From positions 716 to 64,715 of the forward strand of contig CBFGTW010000006.1 in assembly GCA_965651855.1 (NCBI GenBank): a stretch of 64,000 nucleotides of DNA. Direction: 5' to 3'. Numbering within the stretch: position 1 is the stretch's first letter; every line of letters begins with the position of its first letter. The position numbers and the translations under genes were made by a program. This document shows, piece after piece, positions 32,486 to 40,591 of this stretch. The stretch comes from an uncultured Verrucomicrobiales bacterium (GTDB taxonomy: Bacteria > Verrucomicrobiota > Verrucomicrobiia > Verrucomicrobiales > Akkermansiaceae). The notes under the pieces are model-generated. The model was not told where the DNA came from. It saw nothing but the letters and a program-made list of their open reading frames with translations, and searched no databases.

Positions 32486-34414
32486 TCACGGCACGATCTT
32501 CACCCGGTCGCCGTGGCGCATCGTCGAGAACAGGCGCGCGGCGTCGGCCGGCGGCACGCGGATGCAGCCGTGCGACGCCGGGTAGCCCGGGACGTGGCCG
32601 GCGTGCAGGCCGAAGTCGCTGCAGCTCAGGCGTTGGAAATAGGGCATCGAGGCGTCGTAGAGCGTCGAGGTCCAGTGGCGGTGTTTGTTCGTGACGACGA
32701 ACTCGCCCTGCGGCGTCTCGTAGCCGCGGCGACCGGTGGAGACGCGGGTGGCGAGGACTTCGTTGCCGTCGGCGTCGAAGAGCCGCGCGCGTTGTTCGGA
32801 GAGCGAGATGATCAGGTGGCGCTCCTCGCGGTGCGGGTGCTGGCCGAGCAGCAGGCGCATCATCGGGATGTCGTTGCGGCGGGAGGCGAAATTGATCGGC
32901 CAGAGTCGTGCGGTCCCCGTCCAGGCGCTGGTCTTCGCGCCGGCGTCGAGCAGGGCGCGGGCGACCTCGAGGTTTCCGGAATCCGCCGCGATCATGAGCA
33001 GCGTGGCGTTCCGGTCCCTCGTGAGCACCCAGCGCATCACGCCCGGGCGGATGTGGGCGATGAAGGCCCCGGATGGCGGGCGGCTGAAGACGGCGTTCGG
33101 GTCGGCGCCGTACTCGAGAAGCCGGCGGGTGGTGCGGGGCAGGCCTTTGGCGACGGCCAGGTGCAGCGGCGGCTCGCCTCCGGGCAGGTGGATGTCCGGG
33201 TTCGCGCCGTGTTCCAAGAGCAGCACCGCGAGGGCGTCGTGCCCGCCGGCGAGCGCGGCCGCGAACGGCGAGCCGGTGGTCGGGGTGCGCGCGGAATTGG
33301 GGGCAACGCCGCAGGCCAGCAGCAGCTTGGCTGTGGCGACATCCCCGCGCGCGCAGGCGATCTCAAGCGACCGCCCCGGCGGATGGCCGGAGGCGAGGAG
33401 CAGCTTCAGGAAGGAATCGTTGCCGCGTGCCGCGGCGGCCTCGAGCCACTCGGAGGGAACCGCCGGCCGCGCGCCGTGGCGCAGCAACAACGCGGCGGTG
33501 CGGACATCCCGCGCCAGGAGGGTGTGGAGGAACAGCGGCGACCAGTCGCCCGCGGGACGTGCGCCGTTCTCCAAAAGGAAGTCGATCGCCTCGCGGTCGG
33601 CGGCATGGAGGGCGGAGGCGAGCATCGTCCGGCCCGAGGCATCGGGGAGGTTCCAATCCGCGCCGGCTTCCGCGAGGCGGCGCATCCCCGTGAACCAGCG
33701 GGCGCGCATCGCGAAATGGCCCGCGGTTTCGCCCGTGGCGCCCGGGAGGTTCGGATCGGCGCGATGCGCGAGAAGCGCGGCAAGCAGCGGCCCGTCCCGC
33801 CGCTCGATCGCCTTCATCAGCGGCGTCGCGCCGGAAGCATCCGGTGCGTCCGGGTCCGCGCCCGCCGCGAGCAGGGCGGGGGCGATCTCGGTGAACCCGC
33901 GGTCGAGCGCCGGGTGGAGCGCTTCGCCGTGGGCGAGGCCGGCGGCGAGCAGCCGCGCCGCCAACTCGCGACGGTCGCCGAGGACGCACCAGCGCACCAC
34001 CGGCGTGCCGTCGGGCATCGTGGCGGCCGCGTTTGGGCCTGCTGCGGCGAGCAATTCGATGATCCGTTCGTGGCCGGCAAGCAGCGCGGCTCCGAGCGCC
34101 GCCGCATCCGCCGCTCCGGCATCAAGCAACAGCTTCGCGCAGCGGGCATCGCCGTTCTCCACGGCGATGCCGAGCGGCGTGCGACCCGTGGCATCGCGGC
34201 TTCCGGCGTGGACGCGCGCCTGGAGCAACCACGCGGCGGTTTCCGCATCCCGCCGCGAAACGGCCTCCACCAACGACGCGCCGGTGGGCTCCACGCCACT
34301 CGCCGCGAGAGCCCGCAGCGCCTGGCGCTCCGGCGAGTCGCACGACGCCACGAGCAGCAACACCGGGACGATCAGCCCCAGCGTCGCGCGTTCGGGAAGC
34401 GTCCTGAAGTTCAC
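32486..34414 (-). CDS. Lipoprotein with about 12 ankyrin repeats fused to a C-terminal YkuD L,D-transpeptidase domain
   Basis: Lipobox LLLVASC. Repeated G-x-TPL-x-x-A-x-x-x-G/R-H-x-x-x-x-x-LL-x-x-GA-D/N units are present. The C-terminus is HLIISLSEQRARLF...FGLHAGHVPGYPASHGCIRV. Confidence 0.85.
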   Translation of the reverse strand: MNFRTLPERATLGLIVPVLLLVASCDSPERQALRALAASGVEPTGASLVEAVSRRDAETAAWLLQARVHAGSRDATGRTPLGIAVENGDARCAKLLLDAGAADAAALGAALLAGHERIIELLAAAGPNAAATMPDGTPVVRWCVLGDRRELAARLLAAGLAHGEALHPALDRGFTEIAPALLAAGADPDAPDASGATPLMKAIERRDGPLLAALLAHRADPNLPGATGETAGHFAMRARWFTGMRRLAEAGADWNLPDASGRTMLASALHAADREAIDFLLENGARPAGDWSPLFLHTLLARDVRTAALLLRHGARPAVPSEWLEAAAARGNDSFLKLLLASGHPPGRSLEIACARGDVATAKLLLACGVAPNSARTPTTGSPFAAALAGGHDALAVLLLEHGANPDIHLPGGEPPLHLAVAKGLPRTTRRLLEYGADPNAVFSRPPSGAFIAHIRPGVMRWVLTRDRNATLLMIAADSGNLEVARALLDAGAKTSAWTGTARLWPINFASRRNDIPMMRLLLGQHPHREERHLIISLSEQRARLFDADGNEVLATRVSTGRRGYETPQGEFVVTNKHRHWTSTLYDASMPYFQRLSCSDFGLHAGHVPGYPASHGCIRVPPADAARLFSTMRHGDRVKIVP

Positions 34415-34464
34415 GACAATCCGGAGATTATGACAAATCTCCGGCCGATCAAGGTCGTGACGCT

Positions 34465-34941
34465 TCAGCTCATCGCATATTCAAGCAGAAGCCCTTGGAT
34501 GGTTTGGTAAAACTGCGACCGGAAAAACGCCGAACGCTTCCGCATGTCGAGCGCCTTCGGATCGATGTCCACCCGCGGTCCGAACCGGTGGCGTTCCTCG
34601 ATGGCGAGGCGCGCCTGGTTGAGCGCGCCATACCAGCGGAGCGCGTCCTCGCGGTGGATCCACAGCGGGCCGGCGTCGTTCTCGTCCGCCTTTTCCCGCG
34701 CCTCTTGGATCGCGATGTCGACGTGGTTGAGCTGGTCGTCGAAATTCTGGCGCAGGTCCGGGACGACGAAATCCTCCCAGTCCGAGGCGTGCGGATCTTC
34801 CGCCATCAGGCCGCCGAGTTGATCCGCGAGATCGCCGCCCTCGGCGCGGGCGTCGCGGGTGATCGCTTCGAGCAGCGCCCAGTCCGTGGCGCTCTCCGCG
34901 TCGATGCGCAGCCCGCCTTCAATCGTCGGCATCACGTTCAT
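34465..34941 (-). CDS. DUF2017-like protein (ClpS-associated)
   Basis: 158-aa acidic protein overlapping the clpS stop by 4 nt. The ...WYGALNQARLAIEE... pattern resembles DUF2017, which is typically encoded beside clpS. The family call is from memory. Confidence 0.5.
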   Translation of the reverse strand: MNVMPTIEGGLRIDAESATDWALLEAITRDARAEGGDLADQLGGLMAEDPHASDWEDFVVPDLRQNFDDQLNHVDIAIQEAREKADENDAGPLWIHREDALRWYGALNQARLAIEERHRFGPRVDIDPKALDMRKRSAFFRSQFYQTIQGLLLEYAMS

Positions 34942-35219
34942 GCGACCTTTTCCAAGGAGGTTTTCAGTTGGAACGACTGGAGCTGCTGGGCGTAGAACTC
35001 CGCCTTCTCGCGCTCGCCGGACCAGACGATCGACCGGCCGCGCTCGTGGACCTCGAGCATCAGGCGCGTCGCCTTGGTCTCGTCATAGCCGAAGATCTTC
35101 ATCAGGACCCAAGTCACGTAGTCCATCAGGTTCACCGGATCGTCATGAACGACCACGTTCCACGGGACGTCGAGCGCGACGTCCGCGCGCGTCTGGGTGA
35201 GTGTGTCGCTGTCGGCCAT
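34938..35219 (-). CDS. clpS: ATP-dependent Clp protease adaptor ClpS
   Basis: 93 aa. WNVVVHDDPVNLMDYVTWVLMKIFGYDETKATRLMLEVHERGRSIV is a typical ClpS core. Confidence 0.92.
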   Translation of the reverse strand: MADSDTLTQTRADVALDVPWNVVVHDDPVNLMDYVTWVLMKIFGYDETKATRLMLEVHERGRSIVWSGEREKAEFYAQQLQSFQLKTSLEKVA

Positions 35220-35228
35220 GAGGGATGC

Positions 35229-37817
35229 TCAAACTTCGGCGGGTTCCTCGCGGGGGGCGTCGATCCATTTCCCGTGCTCGCGGATCAGGTCGATCAGGCG
35301 CTCCACGGCCTCGCCTTCGGGAATGTTGAACTTCACCGCGGTCTTGCCGACATACAAGTTGATCTTTCCCGGTGCGCCGCCGACATAGCCGAAGTCCGCG
35401 TCCGCCATCTCGCCGGGGCCGTTGACGATGCAGCCCATCACGGCGATCCGCACGCCCTTGAGGTGGCCGGTGGCGGCGCGGATCTTCTGCGTGGTGTGCT
35501 GGAGGTTGAAGAGCGTGCGGCCGCAGCTCGGGCAGGCGACGTAGTCGGTCTTGAAAATCCGGGTGCCGGCGGCCTGCAGGATGTTGTAGGCGAGCCGCAG
35601 CGACTGGCCCGGCGCCTTTTCGCCGCGCACGAGGATCGCGTCGCCGATGCCGTCGCAGAGCAAAGAGCCGATGTTCCGCGCGGCGACCAGCAGGGCCTCG
35701 ACGAAATCCGTCTCCTCCTGCGGCGGGTGCAGCGTGTCCTTCAGCAGCACTGGATGCCGCGGGTCCGCGCGGAACGCGAGCAGGCGGAAGGCGTGGATCG
35801 GCTCGAGGTCGAGGCCGTCCTTCACCGTGACCAGCCGCGGGCTCTCCTCCGCATTCAGCTCCGCGACCGTCGCATCGTCGCGCGGGTCGATTTCCAACGC
35901 GCCGGCCTTTTCGAAAACAATCTCCGGCTTGAAGTCGCCCATCTGGGAAATCTTGTGCGCCACCGCGTTCCAGCGCTCCTGCGTGGTGAAGACCCGCACC
36001 GTCCGGTCCCCGCCGAGCTCGTGGCCCTGGATTTCGAGCACGGAACTACGGCGTCTCTCGTAGTTAAAGGGGTTGTAGGAGGGGGTGGTTGCGGCGTCAG
36101 CCGCAACCGTGGCTGGTGCTTCCAGCTCCAGTCCGTTGTCGGAGCATCCTGCTCCGACAATCTTCTCCCAGGACTCCGCATACCTCGATCCCGTCCGTTC
36201 CGCCGACACACCCGCACGCCGAGGGTTTTCCAGCACATATCTCACCTGATGGCGGAAGTCTTCCCCGTCGCGGACAATGTGATCGAAATACTCCTGCTGC
36301 CAGAAACTTCCGTCTCTTCCGAGAAGCTCGTTCGCCCGCTTGGCCGTGAATGATTTCCAGGAGTGGATGATTTTCTCCAGCTCCTCGTCTTCGTTGGGCT
36401 TCACGATGACATGCACGTGATTCGGCATCACCGACCAGGCGATCAGCTCGTAGCGCTGGCCGTCAAAGTGTTTGAGGGCGTTCTCGACTACTGAGGCGAC
36501 CTCCGGATTCGTCAGCGGACACGAGCCGAGGCCGCGATCCAACGCGTGATCGACGGTCTTTTCATGAAAGCCCGCGATTTCCTTTCTCAGGGACAACAGC
36601 TCGGGCAGGATGTCGCGTGATCCGGCGCGCGATTTGAGTTCCTCGAGGCGCTGCGCGAGGATTTGCTTCTTGCGGTTGCAGTCTTCGAGAACATCGGCCG
36701 GCAGTGAATCCTGGACGCGGAAGGTGACGGCGTAGGTGGCTCCGGGGATGCGCCAGTGGGGGAGGAAGGTGGAGTCCTTCTTGAGGAGGAGATTCCAGTC
36801 GGGGCGAGTCGCTTGGGCATCGGAAGAGAAGGAGCGAGACGCTCCTTCAACGGACTGGGGCGAGACGCCCCAGCCACGCTGCTCGCTCCGCGAGGGCGCT
36901 TCTTTTGCTCCGTCGCGTTGATTGAACGGCCGCGCCAGCGCCTTGGCCACGGGGATCTCGTGGATGGCGTCTTCGGTCAGGGAGACGCGGATGGTGTCGC
37001 CGATGCCGTCGGCGAGCAGCGAGCCGATGCCGATCGCGCTCTTGATGCGGCCGTCCTCGCCGTCGCCGGCTTCGGTGACGCCGAGGTGGATCGGGTAATT
37101 CCAATCCGGACCCTCGACATCGAGCCGCGCGACGAGCAGGCGGTAGGCCTCGATCATGACCTTCGGGTTCGAGGCCTTCATCGAGAAAACGAAGTTGTGG
37201 TAGTTCTCGTCGCGGGCAATGCGGGCGAATTCGAGCGCGCTCTCGACCATGCCGAGCGGCGTGTCGCCGTAGCGGTTCATGATGCGGTCGGAAAGCGAGC
37301 CGTGGTTCGTGCCGATGCGCATCGCGCGGCCGAGGTCCTTGCACAGGTGGACGAGCGGGACGAACTGCTCGCGGATGCGCTGGAGCTCCGCCTCGTACTC
37401 GGCGTCGCTGTATTCGCGGACCTCGAACTTCTTCTTGTCCGCGTAGTTGCCGGGATTCACGCGGACTTTCTCGACCCATTTCGCCGCTTCGAGCGCGGCG
37501 TCCGGCTTGAAGTGGATGTCGGCGACGAGTGGCACCTGGCAGCCGGCGGCGCGCACCTCGCGGGCGATGTTTTCCAAGTTCGCCGCGTAGACTTTCGTCT
37601 GCGCCGTGATGCGGACGACTTCGCAGCCGGCATCCGCCAGCGCCAGCACCTCGCGCACGCAGGCGGGTGTGTCGCGCGTGTCCGAGGTGATCATCGACTG
37701 CACGCGGATCGGGTTGTTCCCGCCGACGCCGACGTCCCCGACCTTCACCTCGCGGGTGGCGCGGCGCTGGTAGCGGAGGAGGTCCGGGCAGTAGTGGAGG
37801 AGCTCGGCTGCGTTCAT
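35229..37817 (-). CDS. ispG: 4-hydroxy-3-methylbut-2-enyl diphosphate synthase IspG (long A-A*-B type) carrying an in-frame ~262-codon Y1-transposase-like insertion
   Basis: The ATG at 37817 gives MNAAELLHY... A domain: GGNNPIRVQSMITSDTRDT, RITAQT, IHLGVTEAGDGEDGRIKSAIGIG. B domain: DYVACPSCGRT, VMGCIVNGPGE. Between ...IPVAKALARPFNQR and SYNPFNYERRR... the frame runs through foreign-looking sequence (see the mobile_element feature). Confidence 0.85.
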   Translation of the reverse strand: MNAAELLHYCPDLLRYQRRATREVKVGDVGVGGNNPIRVQSMITSDTRDTPACVREVLALADAGCEVVRITAQTKVYAANLENIAREVRAAGCQVPLVADIHFKPDAALEAAKWVEKVRVNPGNYADKKKFEVREYSDAEYEAELQRIREQFVPLVHLCKDLGRAMRIGTNHGSLSDRIMNRYGDTPLGMVESALEFARIARDENYHNFVFSMKASNPKVMIEAYRLLVARLDVEGPDWNYPIHLGVTEAGDGEDGRIKSAIGIGSLLADGIGDTIRVSLTEDAIHEIPVAKALARPFNQRDGAKEAPSRSEQRGWGVSPQSVEGASRSFSSDAQATRPDWNLLLKKDSTFLPHWRIPGATYAVTFRVQDSLPADVLEDCNRKKQILAQRLEELKSRAGSRDILPELLSLRKEIAGFHEKTVDHALDRGLGSCPLTNPEVASVVENALKHFDGQRYELIAWSVMPNHVHVIVKPNEDEELEKIIHSWKSFTAKRANELLGRDGSFWQQEYFDHIVRDGEDFRHQVRYVLENPRRAGVSAERTGSRYAESWEKIVGAGCSDNGLELEAPATVAADAATTPSYNPFNYERRRSSVLEIQGHELGGDRTVRVFTTQERWNAVAHKISQMGDFKPEIVFEKAGALEIDPRDDATVAELNAEESPRLVTVKDGLDLEPIHAFRLLAFRADPRHPVLLKDTLHPPQEETDFVEALLVAARNIGSLLCDGIGDAILVRGEKAPGQSLRLAYNILQAAGTRIFKTDYVACPSCGRTLFNLQHTTQKIRAATGHLKGVRIAVMGCIVNGPGEMADADFGYVGGAPGKINLYVGKTAVKFNIPEGEAVERLIDLIREHGKWIDAPREEPAEV
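36087..36873 (-). mobile_element. IS200/RAYT-like Y1 (HUH) transposase module with flanking stem-loops, inserted in frame within ispG
   Basis: Motifs LPHWRIPGATYAVTFRV, HUH MPNHVHVIV and Tyr helix RYVLENPRRAG are present. Perfect hairpins lie at 36087..36108 (9 bp), 36136..36160 (11 bp), 36828..36848 (9 bp, AGA loop) and 36855..36873 (8 bp, AGA loop). GC is lower than in the flanks: 33/60 at 36301..36360 versus 41/60 at 36961..37020, counted by hand. The boundaries are approximate. Confidence 0.7.
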
Positions 37818-37888
37818 CGTTTCCCCGCTATAGACGAGGACCGCGGCCTCGGCAACGGCGGCGGACGGCGGAAAAATCGGGTCGTCCC

Positions 37889-38125
37889 TCAGCCTCCCGC
37901 GAGGTTCCTGAAGAACGCGACGATTGGCACGGCCAGCCCGAAGGCAAACCACAGGCAGGCACCAGCGACCGCGATCGTGAAGAGCCACAACACGACGGTC
38001 ACGCCGCGATCGGTGGCGTCGTGACCCGGCCGCAGCCGCTCGAGGTCGTCACGCCAACGCGGAAACATCGAGGCGCACCACGCGACGCCGAGGGCGAAGA
38101 GCAGGGCTTGGAGGATCAATGGCAT
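37889..38125 (-). CDS. Small two-TM membrane protein, unknown function
   Basis: 78 aa from the ATG at 38125 (MPLILQALLFALGVAWCASMF...VVLWLFTIAVAGACLWFAFGLAVPIVAFF). The listed ORF extension up to 38278 is Arg-rich and looks like an artefact. Confidence 0.45.
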   Translation of the reverse strand: MPLILQALLFALGVAWCASMFPRWRDDLERLRPGHDATDRGVTVVLWLFTIAVAGACLWFAFGLAVPIVAFFRNLAGG

Positions 38126-38168
38126 CGTGGGAGCCTCTCCGATCCGCCGTCGCCGTGCGAGCCGTTTC

Positions 38169-39656
38169 CTACGGCAGCTTCGTCGCCTGGTAGTAGAGCA
38201 CCTTGCCCTCCAGCTCCGCGCCGGAACGCGAGCGGGCGGAGGCGAGGTCGACGCGGTGGACGAAGCCTTCCTTCGCATCGAACGAGATCCGCGCGAGGCG
38301 GCCGTCGTCGGCGAGTTCGACTTCGGAGGAAACCTCGGCGCGGTCGATCTTGGGCGAGCCGTAGGGCTGATGGTAGTGGTAGGTGTAGCGCTCCACCGGC
38401 GCGGCGGAGAAAGACGGATCGACCGGCTGGCTGAAGCGCAGCTCGAGCGCGTGGCCGCGGCCGTTTTTCACGAGCTTGGTGGACGTGACGGAGAAGACTT
38501 CGTCCGCGTCCGGCGGCGCGATTTTCCACAGCCCTTCCGCGCCGGCCCACGAGAGGTGCGTCTTGCCGACCCACAGCGTCCCGTCCGGCGCGAACGCGAG
38601 CCGGTGGTTGCCGTTGCCGAGCTCGGTGCCGTCGAACATCGGGACGAGCGCGCCTTGGCGAAAACCGTTCACCTCGTCCGCGAGGAACCGGACCATGCGC
38701 TTCTGGTTCATCTCGCCGATCAGGACCTGCCCGGCATAAGGCCCCCAGGATTCCGGAAAAACGATCGGCTGGGTCGGCGAGTTCGCGAGGTCGCCCTGCG
38801 GGAAACGCGCGGTTTCCGGCGTGCGCAGCTTGTCGAGTTGGCGCACCGGCAGCTTCCGCGGGTCGCCGTCGCGCCAATTTTCCCGCCACACGAGCGAGGC
38901 CGGATGGCCGTGGAAGCCGTCCTTTTTCACCGTGTAGAGCGGCGAGGTGCCGCGCCAGTCGCCTTCGTTGTCGGTGACGAGCAGGTTGCCCTCGCCGTCG
39001 AAGCCGATGCCGTTCGGCGAGCGGAAGCCCATCGCGAACGGCTCCATCGACTTCCCGTCCGGGGAAATCCGGAGCACCCAGCCGCGCCACGCCGCCCGCG
39101 AATACATGCGGCCGGCTTTCTCGGCGCGGTCGCGCCATTTTCCATCGTGGACCATCGACTCGCGGTCGAGCTCGCCGATCTCCGACCACTCGCCGCGGAT
39201 TTCCTCGCGGATGCCCGCGCCGTTCGACGCGAGGTTCAGCGCGATGTAGAGCGAGCCGTCCGGTCCCTTCGCCGGGCCGAAGGCGAACTCGTGGTAGTTC
39301 CCGGTCATGCCGAAGTCGTCGAAGAACGTTTCATAAATCTCCGCCGTGCCGTCGCCATCCTCGTCGCGCAGGCGGGTCAGCTCGGCGCGCTGCATGACGA
39401 GCAGCGATTGCGGCGACTCCGCGATGACGCCGAGCGGCTCGTGCAGGCCTTCGGCGAAGCGCTGCCACGTCTCGCTCTCCGGCTGATAGATCATCACCTC
39501 GCCGCGGTGGAAGGCGGCGACGACGCGGCCGTCCGGAAGCACGTCCAGCCCGCCGACTTGCGGGTCGATGCCGGCCGGATTCGGCGCGCGGTCGATCTGG
39601 AAATCCGCCGCGAAGGCCGAGGCGGCGAGCGAGAGGAACAAGATGGCGGCTTTCAT
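38169..39656 (-). CDS. Secreted beta-propeller protein (sugar-dehydrogenase-like / membrane-bound-dehydrogenase-domain type)
   Basis: The ATG at 39656 gives signal MKAAILFLSLAASAFAADF. Motifs VLPDGRVVAAFHRGEV, DGDGTAEIYETF, GPDGSLYIAL, SPNGIGFDGEGNLLVTDNEG and APDGTLWVG are present. The start overlaps the upstream stop in an ATGA arrangement. Confidence 0.6.
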   Translation of the reverse strand: MKAAILFLSLAASAFAADFQIDRAPNPAGIDPQVGGLDVLPDGRVVAAFHRGEVMIYQPESETWQRFAEGLHEPLGVIAESPQSLLVMQRAELTRLRDEDGDGTAEIYETFFDDFGMTGNYHEFAFGPAKGPDGSLYIALNLASNGAGIREEIRGEWSEIGELDRESMVHDGKWRDRAEKAGRMYSRAAWRGWVLRISPDGKSMEPFAMGFRSPNGIGFDGEGNLLVTDNEGDWRGTSPLYTVKKDGFHGHPASLVWRENWRDGDPRKLPVRQLDKLRTPETARFPQGDLANSPTQPIVFPESWGPYAGQVLIGEMNQKRMVRFLADEVNGFRQGALVPMFDGTELGNGNHRLAFAPDGTLWVGKTHLSWAGAEGLWKIAPPDADEVFSVTSTKLVKNGRGHALELRFSQPVDPSFSAAPVERYTYHYHQPYGSPKIDRAEVSSEVELADDGRLARISFDAKEGFVHRVDLASARSRSGAELEGKVLYYQATKLP

Positions 39657-40504
39657 TTCCAGCGGACGGTGAGGGTGAAGGACTGCGCGGCGGCGGCTTG
39701 GATGGCCTGGCCGCCGGTGCTCGTGGTGACGATCGCGCCGGACGGCTGCTTCACCCGCAGCGCCGCGCGGCCGTCGGTGGTGAATATCCGCTCGATGCCG
39801 CCGCCGTCGGGCAGCGGGCGGAGCGTTTCGCTGAAGCGCACGCCGCCGCGTTCGTAGAGGAAGGTCGGCAGGCCGTCCTCCATCCGGTAGCCGAGGAATT
39901 TCGGCGCCGCGCTCGAGCCGCCCGCGATCTCGAGCGGGAACTCGTCCTCGCGGTAGATGATGCCGCCGTCGATCTTCGCCAGCGAGCTGCCGTTTCCTTT
40001 CCAGTGCTCCTCGCCGTCGATGAACCCGCCGCGCCAGACGTAGCGCAGCCGGCATTCCGCACCATCGAAGCAGTAGGAAAGATCGCCCGGCAGCGCCACG
40101 GCGATCGCCGCCGGCGAGACGTCCGGCAGGAAAATCCGCTGCACCCGCGGCCGGCGGACGTCGTCCGAGAAATCCTCCACCGCCGGGGCCGCCCGCTCGG
40201 TTTTTCCGGCCGCGGCATCGAGGACGTAAGCATGCAGCGCCGCGAGCGCCTCCTCGCCGAGGTGGCCCATTGCCGGCATTTCCACCGCCTGCGGGCGCTT
40301 GCGGCCCGGCTTCAGGCACCAGGCCACGAATCCCTCGCGGTCGTCTTGATAGATGGAGGAGATTTCCACCAGCGACGGCCCGACCAAGGCGTGGTCGACC
40401 GCGTGGCAGGCACCGCAGTGGATGGCGAAAATCTCGGACGGCTCTTGGCCGGACGCGAGGCCAGCGGCCGCGCTGGCGGCTATCGAGAGGACAATCGTTC
40501 GCAT
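39653..40504 (-). CDS. Secreted c-type cytochrome domain protein
   Basis: The ATG at 40504 gives signal MRTIVLSIAASAAAGLASG. Haem motif CGACH is followed by a distal Met region (VEMPAMGHL), then a ~170-aa C-terminal domain of unknown function. Confidence 0.7.
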   Translation of the reverse strand: MRTIVLSIAASAAAGLASGQEPSEIFAIHCGACHAVDHALVGPSLVEISSIYQDDREGFVAWCLKPGRKRPQAVEMPAMGHLGEEALAALHAYVLDAAAGKTERAAPAVEDFSDDVRRPRVQRIFLPDVSPAAIAVALPGDLSYCFDGAECRLRYVWRGGFIDGEEHWKGNGSSLAKIDGGIIYREDEFPLEIAGGSSAAPKFLGYRMEDGLPTFLYERGGVRFSETLRPLPDGGGIERIFTTDGRAALRVKQPSGAIVTTSTGGQAIQAAAAQSFTLTVRWK

Positions 40505-40591
40505 GACAAAAGGGTCTCCGCTAAACGTGAGGCGGGGTGGAAAGTTGTCGGACAACCGCCCCCGCGGACGAGAAAAATCCCCCGCGCGGGG

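Noticed and set aside
36087-36873. Alternative reading of the ispG insertion as an intein or as part of the normal A* insert domain of long-type IspG.
   Set aside because: There are no intein splicing motifs (no Cys/Ser/Thr at an N-extein junction with a C-terminal His-Asn). The segment instead has HUH and Tyr-helix motifs. The recognisable A* domain begins only after the insert (SYNPFNYERRR...). The transposase-like interpretation was therefore kept, though it still needs a profile search.
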